Source of the DNA: a virus
Lineage: Duplodnaviria > Caudoviricetes
Length of the DNA: 42,070 bases
Reading direction: 5' to 3' (one strand)
Virus record (IMG/VR): IMGVR_UViG_3300045580_000043
Span: 1-42,070 of that record
The position numbers and the translations under genes were made by a program. Below, piece by piece: positions 35,950 through 42,070 of the stretch. Numbering within the stretch: the first letter of the stretch is position 1; every line of letters begins with the position of its first letter. The notes under the pieces are model-generated. The model ran no database searches. It was not told the origin of the DNA and saw only the letters and a program-made list of their open reading frames with translations.

Positions 35950-35964
35950 GTCCAACAATTGGAC
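35950..35964. repeat. 15-bp palindrome copy
   Basis: Exact copy between stop 35970 and start 35926. Confidence 0.95.
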
Positions 35965-35969
35965 TGGTT

Positions 35970-36182
35970 TCACTTGTTCTTGCGCTGCTTGCGCTTGAGA
36001 ACCTCTGCGATGTAGGCCCGCTCGTTGTCGGTCAGGTGCATGTCGTTCGTATGCGCCTGATCGAGAACCCTGATGGCCCACAGGAAAGCCGTGTCGATGT
36101 CCTTGGCTACGAATGCCTTGCAGGAGTGGATGAACGAGGTGCTGACTTTGTCGCGGTCGGTGAGTTTGAGTCTCTTTGCCAT
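35970..36182 (-). CDS. Small basic hypothetical protein, probably leaderless
   Basis: ATG follows the -10 hexamer after 6 nt; no SD. Confidence 0.7.
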   Translation of the reverse strand: MAKRLKLTDRDKVSTSFIHSCKAFVAKDIDTAFLWAIRVLDQAHTNDMHLTDNERAYIAEVLKRKQRKNK

Positions 36183-36188
36183 GTATAT

Positions 36189-36216
36189 ACTTTACCCGAA
36201 ATTTGGCAAAAGTCAA
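36189..36216 (-). promoter_or_regulatory. Early promoter TTGACT-N16-TAAAGT
   Basis: Hexamers seen directly; shares CGGGTAAAGTAT with the 36846 promoter. Confidence 0.8.
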
Positions 36217-36260
36217 GTCTGCGCGTTGCTACGGGTATGCGCGCCCCACCCTCGAAAGGA

Positions 36261-36773
36261 TCAGGCGGTGGTTGCAGACTTGCTGCGCTCGGCGATGACA
36301 TCGAGCAGCGCCGTGGCCAACTTCTTGTAGTCGATCTTGTCCGCGATGGACTCAAGGTCGATGTGCTGCTCCACGATGGTGTCCGCGAGGTTGTCGATGT
36401 CGATCTCGTTGGCGATGTCGCTGACGGACAACTCGGAGGCGATGTCACTGAGCGAGATCTCCGCAGCGATGTCACTGGTGTTGACCTCGGCGGCGAGGCG
36501 TCCGATGCGGATGTACGAGGCAACATCCGAGACATCGATCTCCTCCGCCAAGTCGGAGTAACTGATGTTGTCGCGGACGAGGTCAGCGATGTCGCCACGG
36601 ACGATGTCGCTCACGACACCCTCGAACTCCCTCGACTGCGTGTGATCCTTGACGATGTCGAGGATGCGGTCGTTGCCGTACAGGGTCGGAGCCATCTCCT
36701 CCTTCACGATGGACTTGATGAAGGTGCGGAGTGGGGACGGGTCGATGCTGATGCTGATGTTCTCGGTGCTCAT
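36261..36773 (-). CDS. Acidic protein with 9-aa tandem repeats
   Basis: ISYSDLAEE/IDVSDVASY/VNTSDIAAE/ISLSDIASE/LSVSDIANE/IDIDNLADT/IDLESIADK. Confidence 0.8.
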   Translation of the reverse strand: MSTENISISIDPSPLRTFIKSIVKEEMAPTLYGNDRILDIVKDHTQSREFEGVVSDIVRGDIADLVRDNISYSDLAEEIDVSDVASYIRIGRLAAEVNTSDIAAEISLSDIASELSVSDIANEIDIDNLADTIVEQHIDLESIADKIDYKKLATALLDVIAERSKSATTA

Positions 36774-36790
36774 TGTTCTCTGATCCTTCT

Positions 36791-36805
36791 GTCCAACAAT
36801 TGGAC
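36791..36805. repeat. 15-bp palindrome copy
   Basis: Exact copy 17 nt before ATG 36773. Confidence 0.95.
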
Positions 36806-36845
36806 TGGTTCTCTGCGGCTCAAGACCTCCTTGAGCCATGTACAT

Positions 36846-36873
36846 ACTTTACCCGAAGATCGGGGAAAGTCAA
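36846..36873 (-). promoter_or_regulatory. Early promoter TTGACT-N16-TAAAGT followed by a 5' stem-loop
   Basis: Hexamers plus GGCTCAAG-GAGGT-CTTGAGCC hairpin at about +1. Confidence 0.8.
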
Positions 36874-37136
36874 GTAGTCTTCGTCTCGGTGCGTCGAAAT
36901 TGATCGACGGCGTTCCAGTACGCGCTGGCCTTGCCTGACGGGATCTTGGCGGTGATCAGGGCCGAAGCCTCGCGGATGACCGCATTGGCTCCGATGATCG
37001 CCTCGTTCCGTTCGGAGCGCAGCCGTTCGATCTCGTCGGCAGCGTCTCGCAGATCACGCGACCAAACTCCCATAGCGGGAGCAATACAGCACTTGGAAAG
37101 AAGGACGCGAAGCCTCGTCACGATGTCGTCACTCAC
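36870..37136 (-). CDS. Hypothetical protein (AADEIERLR motif)
   Basis: DIVTRLR...AADEIERLR; GGAGG RBS, GTGA coupling. Confidence 0.7.
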   Translation of the reverse strand: MSDDIVTRLRVLLSKCCIAPAMGVWSRDLRDAADEIERLRSERNEAIIGANAVIREASALITAKIPSGKASAYWNAVDQFRRTETKTT

Positions 37137-37498
37137 TTGTCGTCCTCCTTGAAGCAGTCCCAGTTACGTTCTTTCATGTACCTCATGGCGACCTCATGAA
37201 AGCGACCGCTTTCCATTCCTTCCGTGTTGTCTGCTCCATCGACAATGGCTGCATACTCACAACACGAACGCCGCGCTTCGTCGCGCTCGGCGGTGAGGCG
37301 GGCGACCTCGCGCTGCGCGTCCAACGCCTCCGCGCAGAACTGCGTTGATCGCTGGTTGCGGGCACAACCCGTGTTCCGACGCAACCGCTCGATCTCGTCG
37401 GCGGCTTCGCACAACAGCCGACCAAGCACCGCTGACTTTGTTTCGCCCATTCGCTCTGAATACAGGCGCAGCCGATCCATGATGTCAGGCCCGGTCAT
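37133..37498 (-). CDS. Hypothetical protein (AADEIERLR motif)
   Basis: DIMDRLR...AADEIERLR...ERDEARR; ATGA coupling. Confidence 0.7.
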   Translation of the reverse strand: MTGPDIMDRLRLYSERMGETKSAVLGRLLCEAADEIERLRRNTGCARNQRSTQFCAEALDAQREVARLTAERDEARRSCCEYAAIVDGADNTEGMESGRFHEVAMRYMKERNWDCFKEDDK

Positions 37499-37746
37499 GA
37501 CTTGCTCTCCTTCTTCTTGCGCTTGGGCTTGAGGCTCAAGGCACGGGTGAACAGGCGGTCGATCATGTCGAGGGAACGGCTCTCGACCTCCCTGCGGTTG
37601 TCTCCCTCGTCGGAGTCGAGAGAGAAGTGGTACGAATCCTCCAAGGCGGTCTCGATGGCGGTGATGAACGCCTGAAGCTCCCGCTTGGTGTAGCACGATG
37701 CGACTGCCTTGGCGGCGAGTCCGAACTTGGTCGGCTTCTCAGCCAT
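37495..37746 (-). CDS. Hypothetical protein
   Basis: GGAGGT RBS before MAEKPTKF; basic C-terminus. Confidence 0.7.
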   Translation of the reverse strand: MAEKPTKFGLAAKAVASCYTKRELQAFITAIETALEDSYHFSLDSDEGDNRREVESRSLDMIDRLFTRALSLKPKRKKKESKS

Positions 37747-38257
37747 CGCACACCTCCGCATCGGCGATCTTGGTCACCATGATCTCGCACAGCATGTTGT
37801 CGTGGTCACGGGCTCGGGACTGGTGGTACAGGCAAGCAGCACCCTCCTCGGTCAACGCCATGACGTAGATCCTCTCGGTCTCGGAGGTGTCGCTGTTGAT
37901 CGCCCACACCGCGTACAGGTTGAGGCGGTTGGCCTCGGGATCGACAGGAACCGCCGAAAGATCCTCCGCATAGTCTGGAAGGTAGGTCTTCGGGGCGCAT
38001 CCCTTGCACGGAGGGTCCCCCATGCAGCCACAGGCGCTCTTGGCGATGTTGTCGGGGAACTCCGTGCCGTGGCGCGAGGCGGGGATCTCGACTCCTTCGG
38101 GGTACTTGACGATCTCGTAGGAGTCACAGCCGCACTCCTCTGCGTGGTCGAGAAGGTCGAAGATCTGATCCTTGTCGCCCTCGACGCGGATGAGGAAGGT
38201 CTTGGCGGGATCGGTGTCGATCTTCGGCTCGATGTTGATGTTGATGGGCTTGCTCAT
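37739..38257 (-). CDS. Hypothetical protein (acidic, Cys cluster)
   Basis: AAAGGA RBS before MSKPIN; CGCMGDPPCKGC. Confidence 0.7.
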   Translation of the reverse strand: MSKPININIEPKIDTDPAKTFLIRVEGDKDQIFDLLDHAEECGCDSYEIVKYPEGVEIPASRHGTEFPDNIAKSACGCMGDPPCKGCAPKTYLPDYAEDLSAVPVDPEANRLNLYAVWAINSDTSETERIYVMALTEEGAACLYHQSRARDHDNMLCEIMVTKIADAEVCDG

Positions 38258-38278
38258 GGTTCTCTGTTCCTTTCTCTG

Positions 38279-38293
38279 GTCCAACAATTGGAC
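38279..38293. repeat. 15-bp palindrome copy
   Basis: Exact copy abutting stop 38294 and 21 nt before the next ATG. Confidence 0.95.
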
Positions 38294-38815
38294 TCACTTG
38301 GCGAACTTGCCCTCGGACACGACCTGCTTGATCATCAGGTAGATGCCGTGGACGGAATCCTCGGTCGCGCCGACGAAGTGACGGTGCCAGATGCCCAGCC
38401 AGTTGCGGGACATCTGCTCCATGTTGAGGGAGCCGTCGATGTTGCGGACGGCCATGATCTCGACCTCGCCGCCCACAGCGCCGATGGGGATCCAGTCGCT
38501 CGTACCGTCCCTCTGCATGAGCAGATCGACGGACTCGCACACGAACACCTCGGGGCAGTCGGGGTCGGCGGTGAAGGTGAAGGACGCCATGAAGTCATCA
38601 CCGTGGCCCGCCTCAAGAGCGGGGGCGATGAACTTGGGACGGAGGTCGCCATCGCTGCCGACCGCGACATCCTCGACCTCGTCAAGGATCACGGGGTAGC
38701 CATCGGCGATCATGTCCTTGACGATCTCGTTGGCGCACTCCTCGGGGTTGCCGTTGGCGACATCGAACGAGATGGTGAGGAAGGCACGGTGGGTGGTGTA
38801 GGGCTTCTTTGGCAT
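38294..38815 (-). CDS. Hypothetical protein
   Basis: AAGGA RBS before MPKKPY; in-frame upstream ATG at 38875 near +1. Confidence 0.72.
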   Translation of the reverse strand: MPKKPYTTHRAFLTISFDVANGNPEECANEIVKDMIADGYPVILDEVEDVAVGSDGDLRPKFIAPALEAGHGDDFMASFTFTADPDCPEVFVCESVDLLMQRDGTSDWIPIGAVGGEVEIMAVRNIDGSLNMEQMSRNWLGIWHRHFVGATEDSVHGIYLMIKQVVSEGKFAK

Positions 38816-38832
38816 TGGTCTCTTGTCCTTCT

Positions 38833-38847
38833 GTCCAATTGTTGGAC
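38833..38847. repeat. 15-bp palindrome copy (TTG orientation)
   Basis: Exact copy 17 nt before ATG 38815. Confidence 0.95.
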
Positions 38848-38881
38848 TGGGTGAATCGGAGCAGAGTTGCTCCATGGATGT

Positions 38882-38909
38882 AATGTACCCGAAGATCGGA
38901 GTAAGTCAA
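38882..38909 (-). promoter_or_regulatory. Early promoter TTGACT-N16-TACATT followed by a stem-loop
   Basis: Hexamers; GGAGCA-ACTC-TGCTCC hairpin at about +1; shares CCGATCTTCGGGTA with the 36846 promoter. Confidence 0.8.
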
Positions 38910-39736
38910 GTGGTGACGATGAACGGGGAGCCCCAGTCGGAGGCACTCATGCGCTTGCCGTTGACGGTGACGGTCTTGTACCGCAGTCCGACGATGACTC
39001 CACGCGGGTCGAGGAAGCGGAGGTCATCCTTGTCGCCGTCGATGACCGTGTAGCCGCGCCAGTGGGTCGGCAGGGGCTGGCCCTTCTTGGTATCGAAGAC
39101 CACGGCGACACGACCCCGGCAGTCCGAGAGAAGCTTGGCGCAGTCATCCCAGTTGTGGCCCGAGAAGGACAAGGTCTGGTCCCAAGACGGGGTCTGCTGG
39201 TAGGCACGGTTGATCGACTTGGTGTAGTCGTAGAACCGCCAGCCGATCAAGTCGAAGTAGCCGAACAACTCGGGTGCGATGTAGTCCCACGGCAGATCGG
39301 AAGTGCCGTTGAGACGCATCACGGGCTTCGTGGACAGGTCCAGTGAAGCCTTCTGCATCTCGCACAGCAGCGACCAGAAGAAGTCGTGCGGGGTCTCGAC
39401 AAGACGCTGGGTCTTGCGGATCCGCGCTTGCTGCACCGACGAGAGAGCACCCTTGCCCGAGCAGTTGAGGCAGATGTCCGTGCAGTCCTGAGACCGCCAC
39501 AGGCACATCTCATGACCGCTGCTGTCGGCTGGGGCAAGGAACAGGCTGTAGATCCTGTACTGCGCCGTGCGGTCGGACTCCTTCGCCAACTTGGCGTTGG
39601 CCTTGGGCTGGGTCAGCACGGGGAACAGGGCTCGGCTGTTGATCGTGCCAAGCCACTTGTCGAAGGTGCGCTGGAACTCGTCACGAAGCCGCGTGAAGTT
39701 GACCGTGTTCGCCTTGTCGATTACTGGAAGGTTCAT
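38906..39736 (-). CDS. GP88-like protein with radical-SAM-like Cys motif
   Basis: NAKLAK, CLWRSQDCTDICL, RLNGTSDL, FYDYTK, VIDGDKDDLRFLD, VGLRYK. Confidence 0.75.
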   Translation of the reverse strand: MNLPVIDKANTVNFTRLRDEFQRTFDKWLGTINSRALFPVLTQPKANAKLAKESDRTAQYRIYSLFLAPADSSGHEMCLWRSQDCTDICLNCSGKGALSSVQQARIRKTQRLVETPHDFFWSLLCEMQKASLDLSTKPVMRLNGTSDLPWDYIAPELFGYFDLIGWRFYDYTKSINRAYQQTPSWDQTLSFSGHNWDDCAKLLSDCRGRVAVVFDTKKGQPLPTHWRGYTVIDGDKDDLRFLDPRGVIVGLRYKTVTVNGKRMSASDWGSPFIVTT

Positions 39737-39757
39737 GTTCTCGTTTCCTTTCGTGTT

Positions 39758-39772
39758 GTCCAATTGTTGGAC
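39758..39772. repeat. 15-bp palindrome copy (TTG orientation)
   Basis: Exact copy 21 nt before ATG 39736. Confidence 0.95.
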
Positions 39773-39805
39773 TGGCTGCACCGAGCAGGACCGTCCAACA
39801 CCCAT

Positions 39806-39833
39806 ACTGTACCACAGGAGTTAGATTTGTCAA
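39806..39833 (-). promoter_or_regulatory. Early promoter TTGACA-N16-TACAGT with extended -10 TG
   Basis: CTATTGACAAA...TGTGGTACAGT. Confidence 0.8.
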
Positions 39834-39923
39834 TAGGTTTCCGATTAGGGAGTCGGCAGTCGGGAATCGGCTATTAGGGATCTCGATTAGGGATTGGCGA
39901 TTGGGGCCCGAGGCTCAACGGCG

Positions 39924-39938
39924 GTCCAACAATTGGAC
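39924..39938. repeat. 15-bp palindrome copy
   Basis: Exact intergenic copy. Confidence 0.95.
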
Positions 39939-40017
39939 AACGTCCGCAGGGGCTGTCATAAGCTCTATCATGGAACTGTCATAAACGGCCCGCAACAGCG
40001 GCCCGATGACGATTCCA

Positions 40018-40032
40018 GTCCAATTGTTGGAC
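40018..40032. repeat. 15-bp palindrome copy (TTG orientation)
   Basis: Exact copy just downstream of a terminator T-tract. Confidence 0.95.
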
Positions 40033-40034
40033 AC

Positions 40035-40071
40035 AAAAAAACCCCTGCCGCACCCGAAGGCACGGCAGGGG
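40035..40071 (-). terminator. Intrinsic terminator
   Basis: CCCCTGCCGTGCC-TTCG-GGTGCGGCAGGGG then T7. Confidence 0.9.
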
Positions 40072-40094
40072 CAGAGGGGAAAAGATGTCGTGTT

Positions 40095-40109
40095 GTCCAA
40101 TTGTTGGAC
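40095..40109. repeat. 15-bp palindrome copy (TTG orientation)
   Basis: Exact copy overlapping the TAG stop by one base. Confidence 0.95.
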
Positions 40110-40747
40110 TAGATGGCCTCGGCGTAGACCAGAGCGGTGTCGAGAAGAGTCTCGGTCCGCTGCTGCATGTTGCCGCCCATGACGCTCGTCATGACGGGAC
40201 GGTAACCCTTGGCCCTCTCGGGCCCATAGCGGTGCTCCAACATATCGCGGAGCACGTGCTCGACCTCGCGGATGGCGAACAGGAACTGCTGAAGACGCAG
40301 GGCAGCGTACTCGCCAGTGCCGTCCTCGGTGCACTTCTCGCCGTCCATGCGGCTGGCGAAGCCATCGTGGACGAACTGGATTGCAGACAGGAACTGACGG
40401 AACTTGTTGACGAGGCTGGGTGGGTGGAACGCCCACTCCAACACCACCCCACCGCCGCACGACCACACCACGTTGTCGTGGATCTCCCCGAGGGTCTCCT
40501 CGGAGAGGTCGTGGGCGTTGCTGGTGGTCTTCTCTGCCTTCAGCGCCCGCTCAGTCATCAATGCGCCAACGGCGCACTTGCAGACCTTGCCGTCAGCCCT
40601 CGTCACGATGTTGCAGCAAGCGGAGAGGCTGGGGTTCTCCAGACCGAACTCCTGCTGCGCCTCGAAGTGGTCACGGACCGATTCGAGGAGGGACACGATT
40701 CCAGAGATGCGACCGATGCTGTACTTGTTTGCGAGAATGGTTTCCAT
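40109..40747 (-). CDS. Hypothetical early protein
   Basis: AAGGAAAGAGAACA before METILANK; DGKVCKCAVGALM...IQFVHD. Confidence 0.75.
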   Translation of the reverse strand: METILANKYSIGRISGIVSLLESVRDHFEAQQEFGLENPSLSACCNIVTRADGKVCKCAVGALMTERALKAEKTTSNAHDLSEETLGEIHDNVVWSCGGGVVLEWAFHPPSLVNKFRQFLSAIQFVHDGFASRMDGEKCTEDGTGEYAALRLQQFLFAIREVEHVLRDMLEHRYGPERAKGYRPVMTSVMGGNMQQRTETLLDTALVYAEAI

Positions 40748-40815
40748 TGTTCTCTTTCCTTCTTTCTGAAGTGAGCGTGTTGGAGAAGACTGGCTGTATG
40801 CGCTCCCCACAGCCA

Positions 40816-40830
40816 GTCCAATTGTTGGAC
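40816..40830. repeat. 15-bp palindrome copy (TTG orientation)
   Basis: Exact copy abutting stop 40831. Confidence 0.95.
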
Positions 40831-41193
40831 TCAGTCGAGTTCGACGGGGAGGTCGCTCATGAAGTCGGGGATGTCGTTCTCCTCGACCTCCTTCAAGGTG
40901 CGCATGTGATGGGCGCTGACGCGGGTCAAGCGGTACTCGCAGCCAAGCCACTGCATCACGAACCAGCCGCCCTTGCCGCAGACCTTGAGGGTGTTGCTCC
41001 CCTGACGGAAGTCGATGCCGAGCATGAAGGTGGTGGCCAGAGCCACAGCGACATCCTCGGTGATGCGGGGGCTGCGGTCGCTGATGGCCGCATGGTGGGC
41101 GAGAGTCGCTGCGGCGACGATGGCGGGCACTGGGATCTCCTCGCCCTTGATGTTGATGATCGAATCCCAGCACAGGTGGTTGTTGGTCTTCAT
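40831..41193 (-). CDS. Hypothetical early protein
   Basis: GAGGAAAG RBS before MKTNNHL; acidic tail. Confidence 0.75.
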   Translation of the reverse strand: MKTNNHLCWDSIINIKGEEIPVPAIVAAATLAHHAAISDRSPRITEDVAVALATTFMLGIDFRQGSNTLKVCGKGGWFVMQWLGCEYRLTRVSAHHMRTLKEVEENDIPDFMSDLPVELD

Positions 41194-41213
41194 GTTCTCT
41201 GCTTTCCTCTCTG

Positions 41214-41228
41214 GTCCAATTGTTGGAC
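41214..41228. repeat. 15-bp palindrome copy (TTG orientation)
   Basis: Exact copy 20 nt before ATG 41193. Confidence 0.95.
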
Positions 41229-41269
41229 TCGGTTCTCTGTGGCCCAAGACCTCCTTGAGCCATGTAGGC

Positions 41270-41297
41270 ATATTACCACAGCATCCAACTTTGTCAA
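41270..41297 (-). promoter_or_regulatory. Early promoter TTGACA-N16-TAATAT with extended -10 TG and 5' stem-loop
   Basis: CTATTGACAAA...TGTGGTAATAT; leader nearly identical to that of the 36846 promoter. Confidence 0.85.
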
Positions 41298-41446
41298 TAG
41301 ATTCCTGTAGTTACCTTTAGTTGTATCTATGGATACTCTGGGGTTGAACCTAGGTATCTTTCTTCTAGTCTTTCTTCTTACCTAGTAAGAGAGAAGTAAG
41401 AAGTACTAGGGTAGACAATGGGTAATCCTATGGGAACGGCATAGCC

Positions 41447-41461
41447 GTCCAACAATTGGAC
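41447..41461. repeat. 15-bp palindrome copy
   Basis: Exact intergenic copy. Confidence 0.95.
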
Positions 41462-41621
41462 TAGGGATGTCTTCTTCTAGGTCTCCCGATTAGGGAGTTT
41501 GTTGGGGCTGTCATTCCAGAACGGCACCAGACGCCCTAGGGATCCATTGCAGCCTTCCCCGTCACCGACTAGGGTCGGAGGTCTCCCCGATTGGGGATCG
41601 TCTCCACGGGGCTCCTAGGCG

Positions 41622-41636
41622 GTCCAATCGTTGGAC
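41622..41636. repeat. 15-bp palindrome variant GTCCAATCGTTGGAC
   Basis: Arms intact, spacer TCG. Confidence 0.9.
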
Positions 41637-41725
41637 CAGAATCAGCCCTCCCAGTCAGCGATTGGCGATTGGCAGCTGAACTATCACTCCACTATCATGG
41701 GGCTATCCCGCCGCCGAGCGCGGGC

Positions 41726-41766
41726 AAACAAAAAACCCCCGACCCCGCGCAAGCGGGGCCGAGGGT
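41726..41766 (-). terminator. Intrinsic terminator after the junction gene
   Basis: CCCTCGGCCCCGC-TTGC-GCGGGGTCGGGGG then TTTTTTGTTT. Confidence 0.88.
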
Positions 41767-41776
41767 CGTTCGGTCG

Positions 41777-41791
41777 GTCCAATTGTTGGAC
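41777..41791. repeat. 15-bp palindrome copy (TTG orientation)
   Basis: Exact copy abutting stop 41792. Confidence 0.95.
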
Positions 41792-42055
41792 TCACTTACC
41801 CTTCGGGGCGGCCTTGCCCTTCGGGGCGGACTTGGCCTCGGCCTTGGCATCGGCGGCGGCCATCCGAGCGGCGGCGGCGGCCACATCCTCGGCGCTCGGA
41901 CGGGCGGCCTTGCGCACGGCCTTCGGCTCGGACTTGGCCTCGGCCTTGCGAACCGCAGCGGCCTCGATGGCGTCACGTCCGAGCCGCAGCATCTCGGCCA
42001 CCCCGATCAGGCCGAGGGCCTGAGCCACCGATGCCAGTGCGTGAGTCTGGCCGAG
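41792..42055 (-). CDS. 3' part of the junction-spanning protein (Ala/Lys-rich tail)
   Basis: ...AADAKAEAKSAPKGKAAPKGK-stop; in frame with 657-1. Confidence 0.85.
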   Translation of the reverse strand, partial: LGQTHALASVAQALGLIGVAEMLRLGRDAIEAAAVRKAEAKSEPKAVRKAARPSAEDVAAAAARMAAADAKAEAKSAPKGKAAPKGK

Positions 42056-42070
42056 GCCATCGGCAAGGTC

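Noticed and set aside
40748-41263. N-terminal extension of the 384-aa ORF 40109..41263
   Set aside because: It overlaps gene 40831-41193 in another frame and has low-quality Arg/His/Pro-rich sequence; a good RBS supports start 40747
35049-41791. Palindrome copies as a CRISPR array
   Set aside because: The repeat is only 15 bp, spacing is irregular (tens to thousands of bp), orientation is mixed, intervals are genes, and there are no cas genes
41930-42055. 126-bp end repeat as the biological direct terminal repeat
   Set aside because: It lies mid-gene and is an exact overlap, as expected from circular assembly; gene order puts the real ends elsewhere
42056-42070. Last 15 nt diverging from positions 127 onward
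   Set aside because: They are the reverse complement of 142-156, continuing a short inverted match; most likely a fold-back or chimeric read artefact
1-42070. Integrase, tRNA genes or stop-codon reassignment
   Set aside because: No tyrosine or serine recombinase motifs or cloverleafs noticed; core genes are full length in the standard code. A by-eye search could miss divergent cases

Overview
The window is an apparently complete, circularly permuted ~41.9 kb T7-like podophage (Autographiviridae-type) genome with all genes on the minus strand. Bases 1-126 repeat 41930-42055 as an assembly overlap, and one gene crosses that junction. Read right to left, the order is: an early region (~35.1-42 kb) of small hypothetical genes driven by six sigma70-type promoters with 16-nt spacers; a single-subunit RNA polymerase; SSB; a RusA-like resolvase; primase-helicase; family A DNA polymerase; exonuclease; portal; scaffold; putative lysis membrane genes; capsid; tail tube; internal virion proteins; tail fibres; and terminase. 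The standout feature is a 15-bp interrupted palindrome, GTCCAA-CAA/TTG-TTGGAC, which I found 18 times by eye, only in the early/replication arc. Copies sit directly after stop codons and 14-23 nt before start codons, cover the -35 position of a terminator-insulated RNAP gene, and surround a putative HTH gene at the junction. This suggests an undescribed operator or cassette system. I recognised no integrase, endolysin, ligase, tRNA or CRISPR array. All family calls come from motif recognition, not database searches.
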